Below are positions 1 to 9,050 of a stretch of 64,000 bases of DNA, piece by piece. A program made the translations under genes and the position numbers. Position 1 is the first letter of the stretch. Each line of letters opens with the position of its first letter. The DNA lies in IMG/VR virus record IMGVR_UViG_3300020576_003530, positions 32,001 through 96,000 of that record, one strand, 5' to 3'. The DNA is from a virus (taxonomy: Duplodnaviria; Caudoviricetes). The notes below the pieces were generated by a model. That model ran no database searches, was not told the DNA's origin, and was given only the letters and a program-made list of their open reading frames with translations.

Positions 1-344
1 AGACTAAAGGTCACATTGGGGACAACCGCCATAGGGCAATCTTACATACAACTTTCGGCATCATGCTGGCTACTCAAGTATTTGGAGAAACCTTCGCTCG
101 AAAATCAGACGGCGTGATCGTATCCACCCGCGATGTAGGAGAGTCTCATGTCCTCGTGGATAACAATAATAAGTTCATTCCTACCATGCAAGACTATTTA
201 GCGGAAATGACGGTTCAACCTTGGATGTTAAATGGAAGAGATGGATATCCACCTTCCTGTCGCAAAATTGAAGAGATTGAACAAACTCAGTCCAAGCGTC
301 CCGTCACCTCGACAACGATTTATCAAACCTCTCTAAAGGATTAA
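1..344 (+). CDS. DUF6915-like conserved phage protein, 5'-truncated by the window
   Basis: The frame is open from position 3 (TKGHIGDNRHRAILHTTFGIMLATQVFG...RDVGESHV...FIPTMQDYL). This matches the recalled HR..H..FGI....FG / RD.GE.HV / IPT..D.L pattern. Confidence 0.6.
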   Translation, partial: TKGHIGDNRHRAILHTTFGIMLATQVFGETFARKSDGVIVSTRDVGESHVLVDNNNKFIPTMQDYLAEMTVQPWMLNGRDGYPPSCRKIEEIEQTQSKRPVTSTTIYQTSLKD

Positions 345-345
345 T

Positions 346-762
346 ATGAGCGAAGCAGAAAAGCCGTCCAAGTCCATTGCGGACAGATTTTATGAGCAAA
401 GAAGAAATTTGATCGCAGAGGCCAAAGCTAAAGTCCTACCCCTCTTAACCGACTTGTTCAAAGACTTTCCAGATCTCACTTCCTATAGCTGGATTGCCTA
501 TACCCCCTACTTCAACGATGGTGATACTTGCTATTTTAACTCTCACCATAATGACGACTGGTCTTTTCAAATCAATGATGAAACTTTTGGAGACCTAGAA
601 AATCGCGATAATGATGATTGCTGGCAAGCAATGGTGTTTGATCGCGTGAATGATATTCTGAATGCTATGCCAGATGAGTTCCTTCAGGAACTATTTGGTG
701 ATCACGTAAGAGTGATCGTCACTAAGGACAAAATTGATACTGAGCATTATGAGCATGATTAA
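346..762 (+). CDS. conserved phage hypothetical protein
   Basis: 138-aa acidic ORF with a W..YTPYFNDGD.C.F motif, tightly coupled to its neighbours. Confidence 0.6.
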   Translation: MSEAEKPSKSIADRFYEQRRNLIAEAKAKVLPLLTDLFKDFPDLTSYSWIAYTPYFNDGDTCYFNSHHNDDWSFQINDETFGDLENRDNDDCWQAMVFDRVNDILNAMPDEFLQELFGDHVRVIVTKDKIDTEHYEHD

Positions 763-776
763 GGAAGGAGATTCCG

Positions 777-1061
777 ATGGCCGCAACTAAAGAAATGACG
801 CAGGCGTTAGAACAGCTTGAGCGGGCCAAAGATGAATGTATGAAGGCCGTTAAGATAGCTATTGGTGACATTTGTAGACGACATCAAATAACCGCCGAAT
901 TTTATTACCTTACTACTTTGAAAGATAAAAATGGTAATGATGAAAACGTTTCAAAGGATGTTGCTGATCAAATAAGCGAGATTGAAGCTTGGTATTCCGA
1001 GCATGTTCATCGTAGCGGTTTCATGTATTTAGAATGTGTTCGAGGTAAATGGAATGAATAA
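777..1061 (+). CDS. hypothetical protein
   Basis: ORF preceded by a strong SD (AAGGAG). Confidence 0.6.
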   Translation: MAATKEMTQALEQLERAKDECMKAVKIAIGDICRRHQITAEFYYLTTLKDKNGNDENVSKDVADQISEIEAWYSEHVHRSGFMYLECVRGKWNE

Positions 1062-1302
1062 ATCTATTGATATTGTTGATTACCCTCATGTCGTATCAAA
1101 TGCCGGTGTGTATCGCCCTGTAAAATTTCCCCTCACTCGCCTAGTTACCTTTGGGGATAATTCTCTTACTCGTATCACTATTTTTGTGGGTACGGCCTCC
1201 ATTGAGGGTCTGAATAAAAATAGTCTGGTATGGGAGCATCAGGAATTTGAACTTATGATTGATGAACGGGCCGAAATAGTAATTAGCAAAAGGGATCAGT
1301 AA
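1054..1302 (+). CDS. hypothetical protein
   Basis: ATG overlaps the end of the upstream gene; dense packing. Confidence 0.55.
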   Translation: MNKSIDIVDYPHVVSNAGVYRPVKFPLTRLVTFGDNSLTRITIFVGTASIEGLNKNSLVWEHQEFELMIDERAEIVISKRDQ

Positions 1303-1303
1303 T

Positions 1304-1564
1304 ATGGGGCAAGAAGTGAAATTGCCATTTGAATTTGTCATGACGTTAGACTATGTACGCTGTAAAGACGTAAATGTTAGTAATGAATTATCTGATATTG
1401 CTGCCCACTATGAAATGGGACAAAATACCTATCGTAAAATTGATAGATATTATCTGTATGATGAAAACTCAGACGAGGATCCTCAACCTCTTAAATATCC
1501 TCATCTAAAAGCCCTCATGGATCAGCACGGCCTTGATTCGTTCATCCTTCTCTACTGGTGGTAA
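1304..1564 (+). CDS. hypothetical protein, paralog of the next gene
   Basis: C-terminus LKALMDQHGLDSFILLYWW resembles the C-terminus of the next ORF. Confidence 0.6.
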   Translation: MGQEVKLPFEFVMTLDYVRCKDVNVSNELSDIAAHYEMGQNTYRKIDRYYLYDENSDEDPQPLKYPHLKALMDQHGLDSFILLYWW

Positions 1565-1566
1565 TT

Positions 1567-1791
1567 ATGCACGAAGCAGTAAAACAAATTTGGGTCATAG
1601 ACGCCTGCGGCGGACTTCCTAAAGAAGTATCGAAAGATATAGACTATCTACAAGAAGAAATCTGGGAGTCTCCCAGCGGAACTATTCATCTCTTTAGTCA
1701 GTCTGACTGTGAAGAGCACAACCTTCACAATCTTCAAGTCTTCATGCAAGAACACGGTTTAAACTCCTGTTACATTCATATCAATTGGTAA
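1567..1791 (+). CDS. hypothetical protein, paralog of the previous gene
   Basis: C-terminus LQVFMQEHGLNSCYIHINW. Confidence 0.6.
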   Translation: MHEAVKQIWVIDACGGLPKEVSKDIDYLQEEIWESPSGTIHLFSQSDCEEHNLHNLQVFMQEHGLNSCYIHINW

Positions 1792-1800
1792 GGAAGATTC

Positions 1801-2271
1801 ATGTCTGATAATATTCCCACCCTCATTCTTATCTATGGACCACCCGGTTGTGGTAAAAGTACTCTCGCGAGAGAATTAGTCCAATCCCTCACTAATGCTT
1901 TTCACATCGAAACCGATCAATACTTCTCCATCGATGGTGAGTATAATTGGGATGCCACCAAGTTAGGCATTGCTCATGCTTGGTGTCAGGATGAGGCCTT
2001 TAAGGCCTTTGATCGATATACTACCGTCATTGTGTCCAATACCTTCTCGCGGCAATCAGAATTTGCCCCCTATCTTGCTCGAGCCAAGGAACGTGGAATC
2101 GAGGTAAAAATAATTACCCCATCTACCTCTTGGCGTCAAGATCCCATCGAGTGTTATAAGCGTTGCACTCATAATGTGCCCCTAAAGACCATCCAGGCCA
2201 TGCTAAGCAGAGATCAACAAAATGAGCAATTTGTCAAACACTATCGGTACGATTATACGCCCAATAAGTAA
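1801..2271 (+). CDS. P-loop kinase (AAA_33 / polynucleotide-kinase-like)
   Basis: Walker A GPPGCGKST plus ETDQYF, AHAWCQ, VIVSNT and HNVP motifs; adjacent to an RNA ligase. Confidence 0.85.
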   Translation: MSDNIPTLILIYGPPGCGKSTLARELVQSLTNAFHIETDQYFSIDGEYNWDATKLGIAHAWCQDEAFKAFDRYTTVIVSNTFSRQSEFAPYLARAKERGIEVKIITPSTSWRQDPIECYKRCTHNVPLKTIQAMLSRDQQNEQFVKHYRYDYTPNK

Positions 2272-2272
2272 G

Positions 2273-3322
2273 ATGAAGTGGGAAGAATTGAGCGAAGGCC
2301 TTGCGGAAGAGATTCTTACTGGCCGCGTTAATCGGATAGATGGAGTTGGTCATCAGTCCCACCTCTCCCTCTATAACTATACCGATGAGTGTTCCTTTAG
2401 TCGGGCTTGGAACTCATACAACACATTGGCACGAGGACTTGTCCTTGATCATCAGTCTAACTGTGTGGCGGCCCTCCCCTTTCCCAAGTTCTTTAACCTC
2501 TTTGAGGTAAACAAGTCAAACTTGCCCGATTTACCCTTCGAAGCCTTTGAGAAGTTGGATGGTTCGCTGGGGATCGTGTTCTATAATACGGTTACTCAGT
2601 CCTGGAATGTTTGTACGCGTGGTTCGTTCACTTCCGATCAGTCAATCTGGGCAACTAACTGGCTTAAAAGAAAGTGTAAGGTAAATCAGTTGGACTCTTC
2701 GATTACCTATTTGGTAGAAATTATCTATCCTGCAAATCAGGTAGTGGTGGACTATGGAGCATTTGAGGGATTAGTCCTTCTGGGCGGGTATCGCAAGGAC
2801 GACTTCTCCGAGATTGACCTTGAAGAGTGGTCTAACTGTTTTCAAGGTCGTGTTGTAGGATATTCATTTGCTAGCATCGATCATATTCAGGCATATTGTA
2901 AGACCCTCACTCATAATGATGAGGGAGTAGTGGTCCGCTTTAGCAATGGTTTTCGCATCAAGATTAAGGGCGAGGAGTATTGTAGGGTTCACGCTATTAA
3001 GTCTGACCTCACTCCTCTTAATATTTGGCGAGCTATGTCTGAAGGTCTAAACTTGGAGGAAATCAAAACTCACGTTCCTGAAGAATTGCTTGTTCGATAT
3101 GAAGAAATTGAGGACATTCTGAATGAGCGATTTAATCAGATGCTTGCGGAAAGTTCTTACCTATTAGAAAGTTTGTCAGATTTGCCCCGCAAAGACCAAA
3201 TTCAACGTATTCAGTCTGAGTTGCCTGAGCATCTTTGGCCCGTTTCGATCTGTCTCCTCAGTAATAAAAATCCCTCAACCTATCTTTGGAAGTATTTGCG
3301 TCCGGATGGAAATCAATTATGA
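2273..3322 (+). CDS. rnlA: T4 Rnl1-type RNA ligase
   Basis: LYNYT, ARGLV, PFPKFFN, motif I EKLDGSLG, EGVVV and RIKIKG. Confidence 0.92.
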   Translation: MKWEELSEGLAEEILTGRVNRIDGVGHQSHLSLYNYTDECSFSRAWNSYNTLARGLVLDHQSNCVAALPFPKFFNLFEVNKSNLPDLPFEAFEKLDGSLGIVFYNTVTQSWNVCTRGSFTSDQSIWATNWLKRKCKVNQLDSSITYLVEIIYPANQVVVDYGAFEGLVLLGGYRKDDFSEIDLEEWSNCFQGRVVGYSFASIDHIQAYCKTLTHNDEGVVVRFSNGFRIKIKGEEYCRVHAIKSDLTPLNIWRAMSEGLNLEEIKTHVPEELLVRYEEIEDILNERFNQMLAESSYLLESLSDLPRKDQIQRIQSELPEHLWPVSICLLSNKNPSTYLWKYLRPDGNQL

Positions 3323-3792
3323 GCACAAATGAGAAATACGATCTACGTGGTTATCAGACAAATAAGCCGACAATCTTTCTAGATCTCGATGGGACTGTTC
3401 TCGATACAGATCGATATAAACTTGAGACCTATCCCGATATCGACTATCCCGATCTCCCATCCTACTTCTGGTCATCCGTCCCATGGACTCCTCGCGGTCG
3501 CGAATTGTATGATTTTTGTCGCTCGCTCTGTTATACTTGCATACTGTCGTCTAGTGCGTGCAGTCCTGCATGTAGTCTTGGTAAACATCTGTGGCTAAAT
3601 CAACACATTCCCTCTCAAGATTGGGCACTCTGTCCTTCTAAATGGGCAATGGCCCATAGTAAGGCACTCCTAGTGGATGATTATGAAAAGAAGACTGAAG
3701 CCTTTGTTCAGGCTGGCGGATCCACCTATCTGTTTAAGGGTGATGTGGATGAGTGTAAAAAGTTCGTTACTGACTGGTATGGCAAATTTTAA
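3319..3792 (+). CDS. HAD-family phosphatase (5'(3')-nucleotidase-like)
   Basis: Motif I FLDLDGT, then ILSS, K..WL and LLVDD. Confidence 0.8.
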   Translation: MSTNEKYDLRGYQTNKPTIFLDLDGTVLDTDRYKLETYPDIDYPDLPSYFWSSVPWTPRGRELYDFCRSLCYTCILSSSACSPACSLGKHLWLNQHIPSQDWALCPSKWAMAHSKALLVDDYEKKTEAFVQAGGSTYLFKGDVDECKKFVTDWYGKF

Positions 3793-3801
3793 ATCCCCCA
3801 T

Positions 3802-4152
3802 ATGAAAATCGCTAACATCGTTAACAAAATATCGGTATTGTGGTTGCCACTACCAAGTACTCAAATTGATTTGATAGATGCAACCATCCAATATAGTGAA
3901 GCAAAAGGTGTAGTCAACACTTTAAAAGAACTCACTCATGAAGATAAAATAACCGGTTCCTACAAAACTTCTTACTATGTAAGATCTAAAGGCGGCAAAC
4001 ACATTATGTTTGACGCTGAAAAAGATGGTTATTACTCTCGTTATCCAATCAAATTTATCGAACTTGTAAGTAAAGATCGCGATCAAATTACTGGTTACTA
4101 CTATATTCCAGTAGGCTATTTTAACAGACCTGTAAGGTTTAACAAAGTATGA
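3802..4152 (+). CDS. 'MKI' paralog family member (subfamily 1)
   Basis: Starts MKIANIVNKI; aligns by eye with 22036 and 22421 (LP..QI.L, D.ITG.YK); C-terminal YYIP. Confidence 0.7.
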   Translation: MKIANIVNKISVLWLPLPSTQIDLIDATIQYSEAKGVVNTLKELTHEDKITGSYKTSYYVRSKGGKHIMFDAEKDGYYSRYPIKFIELVSKDRDQITGYYYIPVGYFNRPVRFNKV

Positions 4153-4394
4153 ACATTCTCCCTAATGACATCTTCATTCACTGTGAAGGAAAGACCGTCA
4201 GACTATACTTTGAACTGGAAGTGGTAGGAGATATTCCCAACTCCGAGTTTTACAGTCTCATCAATCCTCGCCCTTACTTTGTGGTAGAATGTGGGGATGA
4301 CTATCAGGCAACGCACAGCATTCCCGCCCCATCCTCCATCATATTCCTCTTACTGGGATTGCTTTTACTCCTCCCTCGGAAACGTAAACCATGA
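4149..4394 (+). CDS. small protein with a C-terminal PEP-CTERM-like sorting signal
   Basis: Ends IPAPSS, then a hydrophobic helix IIFLLLGLLLLLP, then basic RKRKP. Confidence 0.7.
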   Translation: MNILPNDIFIHCEGKTVRLYFELEVVGDIPNSEFYSLINPRPYFVVECGDDYQATHSIPAPSSIIFLLLGLLLLLPRKRKP

Positions 4395-4726
4395 AAATTA
4401 ATGCCTTGCTTCAATCTATCGTGACTGACGCTGCGGTAGATCCTTTATACTATGTAGGATATCCTATTGAAGGACATCATGGACTCAAAGTATTTTGTAA
4501 GTATTATCTAGATCAGACTCCCTTTTTAATTCCACAATCTAAAATAGCAAAAATGATAGAAACATGTGATTCCTATCTTCACTATTTAGATTTGAGCATT
4601 CAAGACTGGGCAGAAAACGACAATTATAATGCTATTGCTGCTTGTGTAGATGGGCAATGGTATGTAATACCAATGAATTCAGTTAAACAATATCGGTCCA
4701 TTAAGTATAAAGGAATTCAAACATGA
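4391..4726 (+). CDS. 'MKI' paralog family member (divergent)
   Basis: Starts MKINALLQSI, Tyr-rich, ends WYVIP...SIKYK. Confidence 0.6.
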   Translation: MKINALLQSIVTDAAVDPLYYVGYPIEGHHGLKVFCKYYLDQTPFLIPQSKIAKMIETCDSYLHYLDLSIQDWAENDNYNAIAACVDGQWYVIPMNSVKQYRSIKYKGIQT

Positions 4727-4980
4727 CAGTTCGAAGCATTATTCCATCTGTCGTAGATTTGTATAATCAAATTCCTTGTGATGGCGAGGACTGTAGAATT
4801 GCTGACGACATTCGTAAACAAATGGACTGGAGACATAAACAAGTCAGAATGACTATTTCTGATAGTAAAATTGAAATTTTGAAGAGCCTAGGCTATCGAC
4901 TCTCCCATTTCAAAAAGTGTCCATTCAGCGAAAATGCCTCGAGAGTGACTATTAGTTGGCGACATGGAGAAAAGAAATAA
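4723..4980 (+). CDS. hypothetical protein
   Basis: ATGA overlap with the upstream gene. Confidence 0.55.
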   Translation: MTVRSIIPSVVDLYNQIPCDGEDCRIADDIRKQMDWRHKQVRMTISDSKIEILKSLGYRLSHFKKCPFSENASRVTISWRHGEKK

Positions 4981-6116
4981 TGAAGATTTGGCCTCCGTTA
5001 TACTGTCGTGATAGCAAAGAAAAAGTAAGAACTTGGTTTGTGCGTCAAGAGGGTCCTTCCTACCGTATTACCTCCGGCCTGCTTGAAGGTAAGCAGGTAA
5101 CGACAGACCCCACAGTCTGTAAAGGTAAGAACGTAGGTAAAGCTAATGAGACTAGTCCGATCGAGCAAGCCACCAAAGAGATTGAGGCTCTTTATCGCAA
5201 GCAGATTGAGCAGAACTACTTTGAGGACATTTCCGAGATTGATAATTACTGGTTAGAGCCTCAGCTTGCAAAGGTTTACAAGGATTATCCAGACTATCTA
5301 GACTTTTCTAAAGGTGTTATCATTGATCACAAGTTAAATGGTGTGTGCTGTCTGGCTACGGCCAAAGGTTGCTTTACTCGCAAGAACAAACAGTTCTTTA
5401 CAATCCCACATATTGAGCAGGCTTTAAAGCCGATCTTTGAGGCTTTCCCTCATGCCTACTTACATGGAGAACTGTTTAATCCAGATCTCGTTAGAAATTT
5501 GGGTGACCTAGTTGAAATTGTCAGTGTTACTCGCAAACTCAAAGATGTGACGCCTGAACTATTAGAAAAATCACGCAAAATTGTCCAATTCCATCTGTAT
5601 GATGGGTATAATTTTGCCTCAGTCAAACAAGATAGTACAACATATGGCCGCAAAAATGGACTCACTCAATTAGTCAAAGATCTGAATAGTCCCTATATCA
5701 AAATTACTCCATGGTGTGTATCTGCTTCCATGGAAGAAGCCGAAGATATCTATCGTAAATATGTTAAAATTGGAGGCGAAGGCATCATTCTTCGTAAATT
5801 TGGTGCCCCTTATCAACATAAGAGAACCAAAGATCTTCTTAAATATAAAAAGCAAGAGACCGAAGAATTTGAGGTCGTCGAATTAGAAGAGGGTGACGGA
5901 AACTGGAAGGGCAAGGCTAAGGCTGCTGTCTGTAAGCTCCCCAACGGGACCACCTTCAAGACTAACCTCGAGGGCGATCAAGCTAAACAAGCCAAGGCTT
6001 GGAAGAATCGAAACTCTTATCGCGGCAAAATGATTACGGTAAGATTTCAGGAATACAGCCCAGATGGAGTGCCGCTGATTCCGTATTCAGATCTGACCGT
6101 CCGCGATTATGAGTAA
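4980..6116 (+). CDS. lig: ATP-dependent DNA ligase
   Basis: KLNGV (motif I), LHGELF, EGIILR, KRTKDLLKYK, and a C-terminal OB domain (ITVRFQE..DGVP). Confidence 0.92.
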   Translation: MKIWPPLYCRDSKEKVRTWFVRQEGPSYRITSGLLEGKQVTTDPTVCKGKNVGKANETSPIEQATKEIEALYRKQIEQNYFEDISEIDNYWLEPQLAKVYKDYPDYLDFSKGVIIDHKLNGVCCLATAKGCFTRKNKQFFTIPHIEQALKPIFEAFPHAYLHGELFNPDLVRNLGDLVEIVSVTRKLKDVTPELLEKSRKIVQFHLYDGYNFASVKQDSTTYGRKNGLTQLVKDLNSPYIKITPWCVSASMEEAEDIYRKYVKIGGEGIILRKFGAPYQHKRTKDLLKYKKQETEEFEVVELEEGDGNWKGKAKAAVCKLPNGTTFKTNLEGDQAKQAKAWKNRNSYRGKMITVRFQEYSPDGVPLIPYSDLTVRDYE

Positions 6117-6190
6117 TTTTATCGAGAAAGGGTCTTACTGTCTGCCGAATAGATTTTAACCCGAATCTGTTCTAGATTTTCCTAAAGGAA

Positions 6191-6219
6191 TTGATTTTTA
6201 TGCCCTCTAACCCTATACT
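6191..6219 (+). promoter_or_regulatory. sigma70-like promoter
   Basis: TTGATT-N17-TATACT. Confidence 0.6.
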
Positions 6220-6400
6220 TCCACATGATGATCAACACATCCTACTTACCGTTTTGGACGAGTTACGATTTCTGGTGAGAGAGTCAGAAAGACGAAACAA
6301 TCTAACTCTTACCGCCCGCTATCAAGAGATGGAAAAAACCCTGCGTGAATATATGCAGGTCATTGAATTACTTCCAAGCGAAGAATTCATGTTTGATTAA
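6200..6400 (+). CDS. hypothetical protein
   Basis: Short helical ORF filling the gap after the ligase. Confidence 0.45.
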   Translation: MPSNPILPHDDQHILLTVLDELRFLVRESERRNNLTLTARYQEMEKTLREYMQVIELLPSEEFMFD

Positions 6401-6422
6401 AGAATCTCTACGAGATCTTCCT

Positions 6423-6584
6423 ATGACACAAGTTACTTTTTGGGGCCTTCAAAACAAGAATACCAAGCAGCTTATCAAGATTCGGAACACCCGCGAGGAA
6501 GCTCGTCGGGATCGTAATAGTGCCGACAACAAGGGCAGCGTTGCTCTCGTTCGTATTCGCGGCACTATGACCGTGGCACGGTAA
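6423..6584 (+). CDS. small basic hypothetical protein
   Basis: In-frame ATG at 6423 (MTQVTFWGL...); basic. Confidence 0.5.
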   Translation: MTQVTFWGLQNKNTKQLIKIRNTREEARRDRNSADNKGSVALVRIRGTMTVAR

Positions 6585-6618
6585 GAGGTTATACAACCTC
6601 CTACCATAGGAGTTAGTT

Positions 6619-7044
6619 ATGACGGATAGTCAAGTAAATAATCGGGCCAATGGCGTAATTCCCTTCAATCCTCGCTTTCGTTATGCCAAGCGACCACGAG
6701 TGGTTTGGAGAAACGAGCAACTCACGCTGGGGACTTCTAATACCCCGCTAGTAGCGACTGATTGTAAAGTGCCCATTACTGAACTGCACCCCTTTGGACT
6801 GATTGCTTATAACTATGACGAGGCCAATCACAATCTTTCACTAGGGTTCTCCCTATGCTGCAAGACTGATCGTTTCAACAAGAATGAGGCCAGACGATTG
6901 GCCGTGGAAAAGCTTTCTACTCAACCTATTCAGATTGACACAAGCAAACTGAACGCAGACACGATTCCTACAATTCTACAACAACTTCCTTATAGTCTGC
7001 ACAGCCACACCATCTTCCTCCTAAATAAGTTTATTCCTTCATAA
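6619..7044 (+). CDS. hypothetical protein
   Basis: SD AGGAG upstream; G.SLC...DRFNK..AR..A motif of a kind seen in phage proteins. Confidence 0.6.
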   Translation: MTDSQVNNRANGVIPFNPRFRYAKRPRVVWRNEQLTLGTSNTPLVATDCKVPITELHPFGLIAYNYDEANHNLSLGFSLCCKTDRFNKNEARRLAVEKLSTQPIQIDTSKLNADTIPTILQQLPYSLHSHTIFLLNKFIPS

Positions 7045-7063
7045 TGTCAAGCTAACGCCAAAT

Positions 7064-7095
7064 GCAGGGGACCGTCAGGTTCCCTGTTATTTTTT
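7064..7095 (+). terminator. intrinsic terminator
   Basis: Hairpin GCAGGGGACC-GTCA-GGTTCCCTGT followed by TATTTTTT. Confidence 0.75.
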
Positions 7096-7428
7096 ATGTA
7101 CACAAGTAAGATAGATCAAAATACCAACTTGTCCCTATGGGTTCAGGAGAATAGCGAAAAAGTAGTAGAGTTGTTTGTGCAGACTACTCAATTTATCCCC
7201 TCTGATGATTATGATGAGTACGTAGAAGAGGTCATTGGTAAGTCTGTCTGCGTGGCAGTTGCCTGCATTAATGAGGCAGAAAAAGTTACAAACGGAATGA
7301 CTTTTTGCGATGATGACGCCGATCTGATTGCCGCTCTTTCCTACGCTATCACCTACTTTATTTGTTCCGTTATCGATAGTGATGAAGATGAGGACGATAT
7401 CCTCAAGGATTCTAACACCTCTTTATGA
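7096..7428 (+). CDS. acidic hypothetical protein
   Basis: 110-aa ORF; ATGA overlap into ruvB. Confidence 0.55.
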   Translation: MYTSKIDQNTNLSLWVQENSEKVVELFVQTTQFIPSDDYDEYVEEVIGKSVCVAVACINEAEKVTNGMTFCDDDADLIAALSYAITYFICSVIDSDEDEDDILKDSNTSL

Positions 7429-8582
7429 GTACTACACGTCCGACTTCTTTTGATGATCTTATCGGTCTAGACGAACAGGTTCAAGCAATCAGGTATGACA
7501 TACAGGGAGCTATTCAAAGAAATCAGAAAATTCAAAGCTTCATTATTGGCGGCGGTGCCGGTCTCGGTAAGAGTACTATCGGCAATTTGATTGCCAGTAT
7601 GACTGGCGGAGAGGTGGTTAAAATTCTAGCCTCCGATCTCACGCCTAATCTGACCTACGATTTGGCCCAACGCTGTAAGGATGGAGACGTGATCTATTTG
7701 GAGGAGGCTCATGCCATTCCTAAAAAGGTCGGCCCTATCCTTCTCGAATGGATCGAGAATAATAAAATATTAAGTGATGTAGGACCGCTCGAAGCCCCAA
7801 AGACTGTGTTTATTTTCCCAACTACGGATGCAGGAATGATTCTTCCTGCCTTGCGTAGTCGTTGTCAATATGTCAGTCTGAACTTCTACAGTGTAGAGCA
7901 CCTTAAGCAGATCATTGATAGGGCTGCTAGACTCATGGGTCACGAACTCAATGATGATGAGGCTCTTACTATGATTGCTCGGTCAAGTAGGGGGACTCCA
8001 CGAACCGCAATTGAAAATAGACTGTCTACAGTTCTGAATGTTATGGCTGTAGATAAGATTCCCTTTTGCGTAGATACGGTAGCGAAAGCCTTTGCTATCA
8101 AAAAGATCAATCCTTACGGTCTCGAGAAGGCAGACCTCGAATATTGCTCTCTCCTGTATGATTACCAGCGTAGTGATGGTGGTAAACCCGTATCTCTCTT
8201 AACTCTTGCCCAGCTAATGGGTATGTCACAGAATGTCTTGACCGACATCATCGAGCGATATCTAGTACAAATCGGATTTGTTCGTAAGGTAGCCAAGGGT
8301 CGTATTTTGACCAACTTTGCCTGCGAGTGCCTTAATTTCCCCCCGCTAGTAGAATTTAATGATTTCCTCGATAATGAGGAGGTTATGGCAGATGTGCTAC
8401 ATACATTAGAAACTGGCAAAGTAAAAACCGTTAAAGAATTTGCTGGTCTTATCGGCCTCAAATATCCCCAAGATCGAATTAAGATTCGTTCAGTCTTACA
8501 AAAGTTTGGCTACAAAGCAGTACAAAAGAAAGGTTTGGTAAAACTACATGAGTCGTCCGAGACAAACATTGAATCTGAATGA
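7425..8582 (+). CDS. ruvB: RuvB-like Holliday-junction branch-migration AAA+ ATPase
   Basis: RPTSFDDLIG, GLGKST, LRSR, ARSSRGTPR.A, and C-terminal wHTH (IERYLVQIGFV...KGR), with an extra ~80-aa C-terminal extension. Confidence 0.88.
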   Translation: MSTTRPTSFDDLIGLDEQVQAIRYDIQGAIQRNQKIQSFIIGGGAGLGKSTIGNLIASMTGGEVVKILASDLTPNLTYDLAQRCKDGDVIYLEEAHAIPKKVGPILLEWIENNKILSDVGPLEAPKTVFIFPTTDAGMILPALRSRCQYVSLNFYSVEHLKQIIDRAARLMGHELNDDEALTMIARSSRGTPRTAIENRLSTVLNVMAVDKIPFCVDTVAKAFAIKKINPYGLEKADLEYCSLLYDYQRSDGGKPVSLLTLAQLMGMSQNVLTDIIERYLVQIGFVRKVAKGRILTNFACECLNFPPLVEFNDFLDNEEVMADVLHTLETGKVKTVKEFAGLIGLKYPQDRIKIRSVLQKFGYKAVQKKGLVKLHESSETNIESE

Positions 8583-8811
8583 GGTTGATATTGATATGGC
8601 TGGCATTGAGCAGTTAATCATTAATAAGCGGTTTAAGCTTACTCAATTTGCTCAGTCTAACAATATCAATCCAAGTGAGTTAAAAACCAAACTTGTTGAG
8701 TATCTCACGGCTCAAGGCTATACTGTCAGTATTAAACGTGGTCGTTCTGGGGGAATTAGTATTGCAAAGACCGCCAGCAATGCTGATATCTCACCATCGG
8801 AGTTAGAATAA
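8548..8811 (+). CDS. small putative winged-helix DNA-binding protein
   Basis: Helical segment followed by a wing-like SIKRGRSGGI. Confidence 0.45.
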   Translation: MSRPRQTLNLNEVDIDMAGIEQLIINKRFKLTQFAQSNNINPSELKTKLVEYLTAQGYTVSIKRGRSGGISIAKTASNADISPSELE

Positions 8812-8835
8812 AAATTTGAAAGCGAGTCTTAACTT

Positions 8836-9048
8836 ATGTACCTCACAATTGTAGACTTTGTTCGTCCTGGACTTGCTCGTGTATTACCCGTTACTGAATA
8901 TGCTGATGGGGCACGAGATAATCGTACAATGCTGGCCATCATCAATACGTTCGCGAGAACTGGTCAAACGCTCCGATTCCAGCAGGCTTATCAGTTTGTG
9001 GCCGATCTTCCCAATAACGATGGTTTTATTCACTGGAAGCAGGCCTAA
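8836..9048 (+). CDS. hypothetical protein
   Basis: ORF fills the gap in the operon. Confidence 0.55.
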   Translation: MYLTIVDFVRPGLARVLPVTEYADGARDNRTMLAIINTFARTGQTLRFQQAYQFVADLPNNDGFIHWKQA

Positions 9049-9050
9049 CC

